DNA from: an uncultured Bryobacter sp.
GTDB lineage: Bacteria > Acidobacteriota > Terriglobia > Bryobacterales > Bryobacteraceae
Reading direction: 5' to 3'
Assembly: GCA_964494515.1 (NCBI GenBank)
Contig: CAZBTA010000001.1
Location: forward strand, 14,408-78,407
Length of the DNA stretch: 64,000 bases
Part shown: positions 18,214 to 27,770 of the stretch, one piece after another
Layout: the number at the start of each line of letters is the position of its first letter
How positions within the stretch are numbered: the first letter of the stretch is position 1
Translations under genes and position numbers: made by a program
The notes under the pieces: generated by a model
What the model was told of the DNA's origin: nothing
What the model saw: only the letters and a program-made list of their open reading frames with translations
The model's database searches: none

Positions 18214-21200
18214 TTAACGGAACAGGTTGAGCGTGGTCGATCCACGCCAGGCGCCGCCGTTCGCGCTGAACTGGATCGTGAGGCGTACGCGCGTCGCCGT
18301 GGGCGGCCAGGCGAGATAAACAGTGGCGTTGGCCGAGCCGTTGGGGGCAAGCGTGCCGAGGGAGATCGGTGCGGTGAGAGCTGACGTAACCGCTCCCGTG
18401 CCGCCCACCACCGTAATGTCGGTGATGCCCGTAATCTGCACGTTCGTCGCGCCACCCGGGCCGCTGTTGCGGATCAGCAGCGGCAAGGACCGCAACTGCA
18501 CTCCTCCGATCAGCGTGTCCGCCGAAGCAGCGCTGCGCGAAGCATTGATCATCGGTGTTGCCGCGGAAGCAAAGTTGGCGGTGATCGCCTCGGCCGCGCC
18601 TACGTTGAAGGCCAGCGGGCTGGTGGGTGATGTGCGCGACCCCGAGAATCCGGTGAACGTGAAGCCCGTTTGCGGGGTCGCGGTGAGTACTGCTCCCGCG
18701 CCGCTGGCAAACCAGCCACTGCCACTCACTGTGCCCGCGTTTGCTGGCGATACCGTCAGGTCTACGAGGAATTGCTGCTCATACTGCGCTGTCAGCGATT
18801 GAGCGGACGTGGTGGTGGACAACGTACGAGAGGCATTCGTGTTGCCGTCTGACCATTGCTTGAACACCAATCGCGCGCCCGGCGCCGTCTGGATCATTGC
18901 CGGCACTGCGAGTGACAACTGGGTGCCGGGAGCATAGCCTTGGCTGAAAGGCCAAGGCTGGGGCGCGCCATTGACGAGCAACTGCGAGCCGGGCGCGCTC
19001 GCGGCGGTGGAGTTGATCGTCAGCAGCGGATTCGGCGAAAAGTTGGCGCTGTAGTTGATTGGTCCACGCAACTGGATGGTGGGGGTTGGGCTGGTCGACT
19101 CGATATCGCCTGTGAACCCCGCGAAGTAAAAGCCAGCGTTTGGCGTCGCGCTAATGCTGAACGCCCCCGGCGCGAAGAAACTCGGCCCCCCGGGTGTCAG
19201 GATCTGGATATTGCCGCCACCGATTGGTGCGATCGTGCCCTTCACTTCATAAAGCGTGTTGAAGTTGGCCGTCAGCGTGGTCCCGCCGAAGGGGACCGTG
19301 AGGTTCTGCAGCTTGGCGCCGCCATTGCTCCAGTTGCTGAACAGGTAGCGGATGCCGGTGGATGGCGACTGCGGCGTCTCAATGTCGATCTTGTGCTGGC
19401 TGTTGGGTGAGACAACCGCATTGAACGGAATGCCCACCGGCTGGCCATCGTAAAGAAGCTTCGCGTTCAACACATTGCTTTGGATGCTGAGAGAGGCGGG
19501 TGGCAACGACACGGTGAGCTTTACCGGAGCGATGTTCGTGTCCTCACTCGTGATGGTGACCGTGGCGGTGAGGTGGTCATAGCGCGAAAGCCCGATGTTG
19601 GACTTCATCCGCAGGGTGGCCGGGGTGGTGTTCTGCAACAGATCCACCGCGAGCCACTGCGTTGTGTCGCCGGTTGTGTAGGGATCGACCGTGGCCGTGA
19701 GGCGCGTTGCTTTGCCCGAAAGCGTGCTGATCTGCACATCGACGGGATCGCCTCCCACGACGGGATTCGTATTGTCGATCGAGAGCGCATCGCCCAGGCG
19801 GTAGATGATCAGCCGGCTGGCACCGTTGGTCGCCTCAAACGGCAGTGTGATCGTGGCATTGGCGGCCATGGAGGTTTCCGTCACGACCAGCAACGCGCTG
19901 GCCTGAGCGCCGCACCGGTTCAGAAAGTCCCATTTGGTCAGTACATTTGCGTTTCCCACGCCCAGAACACGCACCGCGAGTGGACCGCCAATCGCGCTGC
20001 CCGTGTTGTTTGTGATCGTGATCTTGCGTCCTGCGTTGTCGATGCTGGTTGTGAACTGTGAAGTGATGTCGGTGTAATTGGAGGTGATGCGCTTGCGGCA
20101 GGTGGCCTGGTCTCCATTGGGGCCAAAACCCATGTCAGTATTGGGCGCAGTGGTGCTGTTCACCTTCCATGAATATGCGGTCACATCCAGGTAGTTGTTG
20201 CTCAACTGGACGGAGAGGAAGTCGCCCTCAGCGTCCGTGCAGTTCTTCTCGCCGCAATCCCCGCCCGATCCATCGTTGATGTCGTCGAGGTAGTTGGCGA
20301 GCCCGTCGGTGGATCCGGTTGCGGGCTGATTCACTGTGCTGTTGAAGTTCTGCACATCGAACCCATGGATGTGCCCCGTGAAGAGGGCAATCACGTTATA
20401 GCGCTTGATCACATCGAGAAAGGCGCTTTTGTTTTCCGGGGACCAGTAAGGACGCGTTGTATTCATCGTGTAGTGCTGGAACAGGATCACCGGCTTGCCT
20501 GTATTGCCGACGAAGTGCGCCAGATCCCGCTTCAGCCACTCGAGCCCGTTGGCGCCCAATGGCGGCGAAAAGCTAAGCTGCGTCTCGCCCGCCCAGGTGT
20601 TCAACATCACATGGTGCACGCCGTGCCAATCCCAGGAGTAGTTATGGCTGCCGGCCTGATTGCCAAACCCCAGGCAGAAGGGATCAATGCCTACCAGACA
20701 ACCCGTGGCGCTTGTGTCGAGATTCTGGGCTCGCATACGCGCATCGAGGTAATCCCACATGCGCCGCGCATCGTCTGGTTCGGCGCCGGCGTAATTCTCG
20801 AGGCTGGTGATGTCGTGATTACCGAATCCGATGAAGACTGGAAGGTTGATCGAAGCTCCGGGTAGCCAGCCGCGCTCATAGAGCGTTCGGAACGTCGCCA
20901 GGCGTTGTTCATTCGGTCCCGTGCTGATATCTCCAGGAATCACCACGGCCGAATAGGGTTTGCCCTGCAATGAAGACTGCAGATGCATCAGGTTCATCCG
21001 CCCCGGATGCCCGTACTGTGTTTCGACGGGAAAGTTGACCCGGTAGAAGTGGAGGTCGCTTGTGACGAAGAAGCGATAGTCGCGGTTGGCCGGCTTTGCC
21101 GGAGACAGAATCAATGAGGCTGGTAGTTCTGGAATCGCCGCTGGCAGGTTGCAGAGCAGCTTATTGTCATAGGAGTTCCAACGGAGGTCGTTGGCGTCCG

Positions 21201-21411
21201 GCGCGGTGCAGGCCAGAAAGCACTGACGGTTGCCCGGAGAGCTGCAGCATCCTGACCGGTAGTAGTTCTCATCGGCTCCTCGCTGTGGCTGGCAGGGCAG
21301 GCCATCGTTCTTCGTAAATATATCGATCGCGTCGTTCAATGTGTACGTCTGAGCAGTTGCCGCCAGGCAGAACATCGTGGCCAGAAGCAGGCGAGTGGTG
21401 AGAGAAAGCAT
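18214..21411 (-). CDS. Large secreted metallophosphoesterase with C-terminal divergent InlB-B-repeat / Ig-like repeats
   Basis: The start is moved to MLSLTTRLLLATMFCLAATAQ (GGAGG 7 nt upstream) rather than 21591. Calcineurin-like motifs are present (SDLHF, GDISTG, GFGNHD, GHIHG). The C-terminal half has repeated modules with F/Y-x-F-x2-W/F-S/T-G signatures (FSNWSNGG, FAGFTGD, FKQWSDGN, FTGFSGS). Confidence 0.75.
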   Translation of the reverse strand: MLSLTTRLLLATMFCLAATAQTYTLNDAIDIFTKNDGLPCQPQRGADENYYRSGCCSSPGNRQCFLACTAPDANDLRWNSYDNKLLCNLPAAIPELPASLILSPAKPANRDYRFFVTSDLHFYRVNFPVETQYGHPGRMNLMHLQSSLQGKPYSAVVIPGDISTGPNEQRLATFRTLYERGWLPGASINLPVFIGFGNHDITSLENYAGAEPDDARRMWDYLDARMRAQNLDTSATGCLVGIDPFCLGFGNQAGSHNYSWDWHGVHHVMLNTWAGETQLSFSPPLGANGLEWLKRDLAHFVGNTGKPVILFQHYTMNTTRPYWSPENKSAFLDVIKRYNVIALFTGHIHGFDVQNFNSTVNQPATGSTDGLANYLDDINDGSGGDCGEKNCTDAEGDFLSVQLSNNYLDVTAYSWKVNSTTAPNTDMGFGPNGDQATCRKRITSNYTDITSQFTTSIDNAGRKITITNNTGSAIGGPLAVRVLGVGNANVLTKWDFLNRCGAQASALLVVTETSMAANATITLPFEATNGASRLIIYRLGDALSIDNTNPVVGGDPVDVQISTLSGKATRLTATVDPYTTGDTTQWLAVDLLQNTTPATLRMKSNIGLSRYDHLTATVTITSEDTNIAPVKLTVSLPPASLSIQSNVLNAKLLYDGQPVGIPFNAVVSPNSQHKIDIETPQSPSTGIRYLFSNWSNGGAKLQNLTVPFGGTTLTANFNTLYEVKGTIAPIGGGNIQILTPGGPSFFAPGAFSISATPNAGFYFAGFTGDIESTSPTPTIQLRGPINYSANFSPNPLLTINSTAASAPGSQLLVNGAPQPWPFSQGYAPGTQLSLAVPAMIQTAPGARLVFKQWSDGNTNASRTLSTTTSAQSLTAQYEQQFLVDLTVSPANAGTVSGSGWFASGAGAVLTATPQTGFTFTGFSGSRTSPTSPLAFNVGAAEAITANFASAATPMINASRSAASADTLIGGVQLRSLPLLIRNSGPGGATNVQITGITDITVVGGTGAVTSALTAPISLGTLAPNGSANATVYLAWPPTATRVRLTIQFSANGGAWRGSTTLNLFR

Positions 21412-21589
21412 CCGAATCCCTCCATGGATTAGGTTTGTAGGGAAGAGTGTTTCCCGGATCCGAAGCCGCGGCAAATGACGAGTCGATACATTCTTCAGGA
21501 AGTGAATCTGACGGGCTAAGGCCCTCAAAAAAATAGGGTTAACGATCGGCATCACTCCCTGATAATCTGGATGCTCAGCGGCAATCAGC

Positions 21590-23677
21590 ATGCAATCTCT
21601 CGATCGCGTCCGGTTTGGTCAGTTCGTGTTCAACCGAAACACGCGCGAGCTGCTGCGCGATGGCATCCGAATCTCGTTGCAACAACAACCGTTGCAACTG
21701 CTCGACCTCCTGATCGAACATGCCGGCGAGGTGGTTACTCGTGAGCAGATCCGCCAGGCCCTCTGGCCGGACGACACGCATGTGCAGTTCGATTCAAGCG
21801 TGGCGAACGCCATACGAAAGATCCGCATCGCGCTCAAGGATGATGCCGACCGTGCGCTGTATATTGAGACCTTGCCGCGGCAGGGATTCCGTTTCATCGC
21901 CCCGCTCGCGCCGTATCTTGGCGAGGCTAAGCCCCCACAGCCGCCCACCTGGCTAAAGCGGCATTACCCGTTTTTGCTGCTGGCGACATTTTCTGTCGCG
22001 ATCTCAGTGGGCGCCTGGTTTTACCTCAAGCCCACGCCGCCCTCCATCGCCGGGGCCCGGCCGATCGTAGCGCTCGGGGGTCGCCCCACTCATCCGTCCT
22101 TATCACCGAATGGTGAAATGCTTGCTTTTGAATGGGAGGGGCCCGACGACGACGCTCCCGCCATCTATCTGCAGCAGTTGGAATCCAACGCCCCCCAGCG
22201 CCTCACGAACGGTCGCACCATCGATTTCTGGCCCGTTTGGTCTCCTGATGGCAAGTCGGTTGCCTTCTACCGCGAAGTCACGCCGACCAAGGCTGAGGTC
22301 CATCTCGTGCCTGTGCCCGGTAATGGCGATCGCATTTTGTTTGCCGTCAGCAAGGGCCCTGGTGAACGCCCGCGGCTCAACTGGTCGCCCAATGGCAAAT
22401 ACCTCGTCACTGCCGAGCGCGTTGTAACAACAGGCGGCAAGCGTCAACCAAGCTACATCCTGCTGTTCAATATCGAGACCGGCGAACGTCGCGCGCTCAC
22501 GCACCCCGAAGCGGATTGGCGTGGCGACAGCGAACCCGTTTTTGCTCCCGATTCTGATACCGTGGCCTTTCGTCGTACGCGCCCCACTTCGGGCGATGAA
22601 GACATTTATGCCGTTAAGGTGAGCGGTGGTGAGCCGGTGGCTCTGACTTCTGATCGTTCGCCCGTCGCCGCGCTGGATTACACGCCCGACCAGGGCCTGC
22701 TGTTTTCATCGCGGCGTGGTGTCTGGCTTCGCAACTTCTGGTGGTTGCCGCCGCGTGGCGGCGATCCGGTACGCATCTCCGATCCCGCGTTTGATCTCGG
22801 CTCGCCCACCATCTCCCGTGATGGCCGGCACATTGCTTACGTCAAGGTGCTGCACGATGAGAATATCTGGAGCTTACGGCCCAATCAGTCGGCTCCCTAC
22901 CCGGTATCGCCTTCGGAGTTCATTGAGTCCAATCCCGCCGTGGCCAGCGATGGCCAGCGCCTCGCCTTTGTGAGCAGCCGGACGGGCACGCTTGAGCTCT
23001 GGACGTCCAACCTTGATGGCTCCAACCCACAACAGCTAACTGATGTCAGGGGTACCGTTGTCGCTACGCCCGCCTGGTCGCCAGACATGACGCAGATCGT
23101 TTTTGAGTGGCGAAAGAAGGGCAAAGAGGGCCTGTATCTGATTGCGAGTAATGGTGGAGTGCCGCGTCCGCTCTACCTGAGCGACAAGGGCAGCGGCCTG
23201 CCGCGCTTTAGCCATGATGGCCGTTACGTGTACTTCAACTCCACGCTGAGCGGCCGGCTCGAGTCCTGGCGCATCCCGGTCAGCGGTGGTGAGCCCGAGC
23301 AGGTCACGCGCAACGGCGCCTGTGGCGCGATCGAGTCCGCCGATGGCAAGGCGCTTTACTATGCGCGACCAGAGGCCCGGGGCCTCTTTGTCAACGAGGC
23401 GGGCCGCGAGCAACTGCTCATCCCCAATCTCGATCCTCGGGATTGCGGCAACTGGACCGTAGCGCGCGACACGATCTATTACATCGAGCGCGGCGGCGAG
23501 AATGTCTTCCGTGGCGCTGTGATGTCTTATCACATCCCGACGCGCACCAGTAAGCTGCTGTTCTCGCTCAAAGGCTTTCCCCTGCTCAACACCACCGGTC
23601 TTGCCGCCACGCCGGACGGCGGCACTGTCCTGTTCGTCACCGTCGATCGTGAAGGCACCAGCATCTACGGGCGCTAA
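21590..23677 (+). CDS. Membrane-bound ToxR/CadC-like winged-helix regulator fused to a TolB-like beta-propeller
   Basis: The N-terminus VRFGQFVFNRNTRELLRDGIRISLQQQPLQLLDLLIEHAGEVVTREQI...LPRQGFRFIAP is a trans_reg_C domain. One TM segment follows (FLLLATFSVAISVGAWFYL). Repeated PD40-like units are then present (SPDGKSVAF, SPNGKYLV, SRDGRHIAY, ASDGQRLAF, SPDMTQIVF). Confidence 0.85.
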   Translation: MQSLDRVRFGQFVFNRNTRELLRDGIRISLQQQPLQLLDLLIEHAGEVVTREQIRQALWPDDTHVQFDSSVANAIRKIRIALKDDADRALYIETLPRQGFRFIAPLAPYLGEAKPPQPPTWLKRHYPFLLLATFSVAISVGAWFYLKPTPPSIAGARPIVALGGRPTHPSLSPNGEMLAFEWEGPDDDAPAIYLQQLESNAPQRLTNGRTIDFWPVWSPDGKSVAFYREVTPTKAEVHLVPVPGNGDRILFAVSKGPGERPRLNWSPNGKYLVTAERVVTTGGKRQPSYILLFNIETGERRALTHPEADWRGDSEPVFAPDSDTVAFRRTRPTSGDEDIYAVKVSGGEPVALTSDRSPVAALDYTPDQGLLFSSRRGVWLRNFWWLPPRGGDPVRISDPAFDLGSPTISRDGRHIAYVKVLHDENIWSLRPNQSAPYPVSPSEFIESNPAVASDGQRLAFVSSRTGTLELWTSNLDGSNPQQLTDVRGTVVATPAWSPDMTQIVFEWRKKGKEGLYLIASNGGVPRPLYLSDKGSGLPRFSHDGRYVYFNSTLSGRLESWRIPVSGGEPEQVTRNGACGAIESADGKALYYARPEARGLFVNEAGREQLLIPNLDPRDCGNWTVARDTIYYIERGGENVFRGAVMSYHIPTRTSKLLFSLKGFPLLNTTGLAATPDGGTVLFVTVDREGTSIYGR

Positions 23678-23707
23678 TCCTGCGAGAATCAAAGCAGGCA
23701 TACCGAG

Positions 23708-23968
23708 ATGATTCGTGCACTCATTGGCCTTCTGATCGCCGCCATCGCCGCCGCGTTTATCCGCGCCGTCATTGGCATGATCACGCGCGAGGTGGCCACC
23801 ATGGTGAATCCGCAGCAACCGCAGCAACCCCCGCCGCCGGGCGGTGCTCCGGGTGCTGGCCCCACGGCCACATCCCTCAAAAAGTGTCCCGTTTGTGGCA
23901 CATACGCCCCGGCCGAACGCCTGATTCGTGGCGCGTATTGTTCTGAAGCCTGCGCCGCTCGCGCCTGA
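23708..23968 (+). CDS. Small membrane-anchored zinc-ribbon protein (PP0621-like)
   Basis: 86 aa. N-terminal TM helix, Pro/Gln-rich linker, then CPVCGTYAP...AYCSEAC. Confidence 0.55.
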   Translation: MIRALIGLLIAAIAAAFIRAVIGMITREVATMVNPQQPQQPPPPGGAPGAGPTATSLKKCPVCGTYAPAERLIRGAYCSEACAARA

Positions 23969-23986
23969 GGCGTACACAATAGACGT

Positions 23987-25024
23987 ATGCGCCTATCTGA
24001 GATCGCCGCGCGGCTTGGCTGCGCCACGGCCGGCGAAACCGACCCCGAAATCACTTCGCTCTCCGGCATGGAAAAGGCCGTTGCCGGGCAACTCACCTTT
24101 CTTGCCAATCCGAAGTACGCGCATAAGGTGAAGGATTCACAGGCCTCCGCCATCATCGCCGCGCAGCCGTCGGCCTTCATGCCGACGCTGCTGTCAAAGA
24201 ACCCCTATCTCGATTTCGCTCGTGCGCTGGAGCTCTTCTACCAGCCGCCACAGCCGGCCCCCGGCATCTCGCCGCTCGCCTGGGTGTCGCCCACGGCCAC
24301 GGTTGGGCCAGGCGCCTCGATTGCCCCGTTCTGCCACATCGGTGACAACGTCACCATCGGCGCCAACGCCACTCTGCATCCCCATGTGGTCATCTATGCG
24401 GGCGCGACTATTGGCGATAACTTCCTCGCCCATTCACATTCGGTCGTGCGCGAGTATTGCCGCGTTGGACACCGCGTCACGCTGCAGAATCATGTCGTCA
24501 TCGGCGGCGACGGCTTCGGCTTTGCCAAACGCGCCGATGGTTCGCATCACAAGATCGTCCAGTCGGGCATCACCGTCATCGAAGACGATGTCGAGATCCA
24601 GAGCCTGACCAATATCGACCGCGCCACGATGGGCGAAACTCGCGTCGAGCGCGGCGCCAAAGTCGATTCGCTCGTGCAGGTCGGTCATGCCTGCGTGGTG
24701 GGCGAAGACAACATCATTTGCGCGCAGGTGGGCCTTGCCGGATCGACGATCCTCAAGAAGTCCGTCCTGCTCGCCGGCCAGGTGGGCGTCTCTGGCCACC
24801 TGACCATCAACGACAACGCCGTGGTCTACGCCCAGTCCGGGGTGGGCCATGATGTGGACGCCGGATCGATTATTTCCGGTTCTCCCGCGTTCGACTTCCG
24901 GGAATGGCGCCGCGCCGTCACGGCCTTCCCGAAGCTGGGCGAGATGGTGCGTACGATGCGCGATCTCGAATCCCGTTTGGCGGCCCTTGAAGGGAGCAAA
25001 TCTGAGAATGAACCACAAGCCTAG
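23987..25024 (+). CDS. lpxD: UDP-3-O-acylglucosamine N-acyltransferase
   Basis: 345 aa. MRLSEIAARLG...LTFLANPKYAHKV N-terminus, followed by left-handed beta-helix hexapeptide repeats. Confidence 0.9.
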   Translation: MRLSEIAARLGCATAGETDPEITSLSGMEKAVAGQLTFLANPKYAHKVKDSQASAIIAAQPSAFMPTLLSKNPYLDFARALELFYQPPQPAPGISPLAWVSPTATVGPGASIAPFCHIGDNVTIGANATLHPHVVIYAGATIGDNFLAHSHSVVREYCRVGHRVTLQNHVVIGGDGFGFAKRADGSHHKIVQSGITVIEDDVEIQSLTNIDRATMGETRVERGAKVDSLVQVGHACVVGEDNIICAQVGLAGSTILKKSVLLAGQVGVSGHLTINDNAVVYAQSGVGHDVDAGSIISGSPAFDFREWRRAVTAFPKLGEMVRTMRDLESRLAALEGSKSENEPQA

Positions 25025-25817
25025 CCGCGATCAGCTGGCTTATGAAAAGCCGGAGTTCCTGCAGTCTACCGAGGCACGGAGCGTCCGCATTCTTTCCGAG
25101 TATCTGGATCCACTGCGGGAATTCCGCATCCATCAGATCCACGACACGCTCGTATTCTTTGGCTCGGCGCGCATTCCCGCGCCAGAGTCGCCCCTGTTCG
25201 ACACCCATCCGATGTCGCGCTACTACACCGAGTGTCGCGAGCTGGCTCGTCGCATGACCGAATGGTCGATGAGCCTCACCGATACGCAGCGCATGTTTGT
25301 CGTCTGCACCGGTGGTGGCCCCGGCATCATGGAGGCGGCCAACCGTGGCGCCTACGACGCTGGCGGGTTGTCGATCGGCCTCAATATCGGGCTGCCGATG
25401 GAGCAGTTTCCCAACCCCTACATCACCAAAGATCTCAGCTTCGAGTTCCACTACTTCTTCATGCGCAAGTTCTGGTTTGCGTATCTGGCCAAGGCCCTCA
25501 TCGTATTTCCCGGTGGCTTTGGCACGCTCGATGAGCTCACCGAGATTCTCACGCTTGTCCAGACGCAGAAGCTGCACAAGAAGATGGTCTGCCTGCTCTA
25601 TGGCACCACGTTCTGGAAGCGCATCATCAACTTCGACGCCCTCGTCGAAACCGGCATGATCAGCCCCGGCGACATGAACCTGTTCCAGTTCGCCGATGAT
25701 GTGGATACCGCGTTTCAGATTCTCAAGGATGGGCTGACAAACTTATACTTGAATCCGGAGGTTCCGCTGCCCGAAGCCGAAGTGAAAACACCGGCTATCG
25801 CCAGCTCCCGCGTGTGA
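25008..25817 (+). CDS. LOG / TIGR00730-family Rossmann-fold protein
   Basis: The start is moved to MNHKPSRDQ. GGGPGIMEAANRGA and PGGFGTLDEL motifs are present. It overlaps the lpxD end by 17 nt. Confidence 0.8.
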   Translation: MNHKPSRDQLAYEKPEFLQSTEARSVRILSEYLDPLREFRIHQIHDTLVFFGSARIPAPESPLFDTHPMSRYYTECRELARRMTEWSMSLTDTQRMFVVCTGGGPGIMEAANRGAYDAGGLSIGLNIGLPMEQFPNPYITKDLSFEFHYFFMRKFWFAYLAKALIVFPGGFGTLDELTEILTLVQTQKLHKKMVCLLYGTTFWKRIINFDALVETGMISPGDMNLFQFADDVDTAFQILKDGLTNLYLNPEVPLPEAEVKTPAIASSRV

Positions 25818-27766
25818 CGCCACTGCTCGCCCCGCCACGAAAGCTCACGCTCAAGGAGACGCTCGCCCGCATTGGCTGGTGGGAGCGCAGCTTTGCGTTG
25901 AGCTTCGTGGTGCTGTTTGTCCTCATTCTGCTCAATCGCGCGGACTTCCTCTTTGCCGCTGCTCTGATCGCCACCATCATTACCGCTCCGGTGGCCATCT
26001 GGCGGCTGGGCAAGCTGCTGCTGCGCAGCCTCATCTGGCGGCTGCGCAATCGCCTCATCGTTGCCTATATCTTCATCGCGCTCGTTCCCATCGTGCTGTT
26101 GCTGACGCTGGGCGCTGTATCCACCTACTTCGTCACCGGGCAGTTGGCCATCTATCTGGTCAACAGCGAGCTCGAGCGTCAGGTGGGCACGTTGCGTGGC
26201 GCGGCTGAGTCGGTCCTCCGTGTCCCGGCGGCCAATCGCATGGCCGCGATCGAACGCCTCGGCGCTTACTTCGATGAGCGTTTTCCCAATTTCGAGATCC
26301 GCTCTGATGCCGCTGAAGTGCACCTCTATCCGGAGGATGCTTCGCTGGAAAAGCCTCCCGCCGACTTCCCCGATACGGCCGGCATCCTGCGCAAGGGTAA
26401 CGAATACTACGTCTGGGCGCACGTCCACAATCAGGAAGGCGAAGTTACGGCAATTGCTCCGCTTACCAACGCCTATCTCTCGAGCCTCATCCCTGGCCTC
26501 GGCCCTGTCTCGCTGGGCGAACGCGGCACCACCCAGACCGGCGGCATTCGTTTGCGCAAGCGTCGGCCGGTGAAGGCCACCATGCCCGCGCCGGTCGTCA
26601 ATGTCCCGGCCCCCATCAACAGCTTTGACATCCAGCTCACCGGGTTCCGCACCACGCCCATCACCGTCTGGGAAGAGCCCGCTAAAGGGCGCGATGACTT
26701 CCTGCTGATCGAGACGCGATTCCTCGCCGTTCTCAAGGTGTTCTTCTCATCGCGTCGCGACTGGGATCAGAACTCTGTTCTGCTGCTGCTGATCTCCGTC
26801 GGCACCTTGTTCCTTGTCTTTGAGATCATCGCGCTCATCATCGGTGTCACGCTCACGCGCACCATTACCTCGACGGTGCATGAGATCTACGAGGGCACCA
26901 ATCGCGTGATGGAAGGCGACTTCTCCCATCGCATCCCGCTCACGGGTCGCGATCAGTTGGCCCTGCTCGGCGAATCGTTCAACCGCATGACCGAGAACCT
27001 CGAGCAACTGCTCAAGGTCGCCAAGGAGAACGAACGCCTCAACGCCGAGCTCGAGATCGCCCGCGAGGTGCAGCGCCAGTTGTATCCCAAGTCGGTGCCC
27101 GCCTCGCCCAAGTTCACGCTGACGGCGCATTATCAGCCCGCCCGCATGGTTTCGGGCGATTATTTCGACTTCCACCGGCTTACCCCCGAGAAGATCTGCT
27201 TCTCGATGGGCGACGTGGCGGGCAAGGGGATCTCGGCCGCCCTGCTGATGGCCACCGTCCAATCGAGCTTCCGCTCACACATCCAGGGCTTACGCGAAGA
27301 GATGTGCGTGTCCGATACCGTCACGGGCCTCAACAAGCTGCTCTATGCCAACACGGCGCCCGAGAAATTCTCCACGTTCTTTCTGGGCGTTTTCGATGAG
27401 CCCACCTCCACGCTTTGCTACACCAACGCCGGCCATCTGCCGCCGATCCTGCTGCGTGACGGCGAGGCCTCGCTGCTGGCTGTCGATGGCATGGTGGTCG
27501 GCGCTTTCCCCTTTGCCCAGTACGGTGAGAGCTCGCTCGTGATGCAGCCGGGCGACGTGCTCATCCTCTACACCGACGGCATCTCCGAGCCGCAGAATGA
27601 GTATGGCGAGATGTACGGCGAAGAGCGCCTGATCGAGCTTGTGCGCAAGAATGCTCACCTCACCGACGACGGCATCATCCGCGCCATCATGAAGTCGGTG
27701 GAGCAATTTACCGGCTCACCCGAGTTGCAGGACGACATGACGATCCTCATCGCCCGCCACAACTAA
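25814..27766 (+). CDS. Membrane HAMP-domain PP2C (SpoIIE/RsbU-type) protein phosphatase
   Basis: 650 aa. TM segments, a HAMP-like region (VMEGDFSHRIPLTGRDQLALLGESFNRM), then a PP2C_SIG region (SGDYFDF, GDVAGKGISAALLM, LYTDGISE, DDMTILI). Confidence 0.85.
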   Translation: MTPLLAPPRKLTLKETLARIGWWERSFALSFVVLFVLILLNRADFLFAAALIATIITAPVAIWRLGKLLLRSLIWRLRNRLIVAYIFIALVPIVLLLTLGAVSTYFVTGQLAIYLVNSELERQVGTLRGAAESVLRVPAANRMAAIERLGAYFDERFPNFEIRSDAAEVHLYPEDASLEKPPADFPDTAGILRKGNEYYVWAHVHNQEGEVTAIAPLTNAYLSSLIPGLGPVSLGERGTTQTGGIRLRKRRPVKATMPAPVVNVPAPINSFDIQLTGFRTTPITVWEEPAKGRDDFLLIETRFLAVLKVFFSSRRDWDQNSVLLLLISVGTLFLVFEIIALIIGVTLTRTITSTVHEIYEGTNRVMEGDFSHRIPLTGRDQLALLGESFNRMTENLEQLLKVAKENERLNAELEIAREVQRQLYPKSVPASPKFTLTAHYQPARMVSGDYFDFHRLTPEKICFSMGDVAGKGISAALLMATVQSSFRSHIQGLREEMCVSDTVTGLNKLLYANTAPEKFSTFFLGVFDEPTSTLCYTNAGHLPPILLRDGEASLLAVDGMVVGAFPFAQYGESSLVMQPGDVLILYTDGISEPQNEYGEMYGEERLIELVRKNAHLTDDGIIRAIMKSVEQFTGSPELQDDMTILIARHN

Positions 27767-27770
27767 GCCC

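Noticed and set aside
21412-21591. The 60-codon N-terminal extension of the metallophosphoesterase ORF
   Set aside because: The internal ATG at 21411 has a GGAGG SD and begins a canonical signal peptide. The extension would also overlap the divergent regulator's start.
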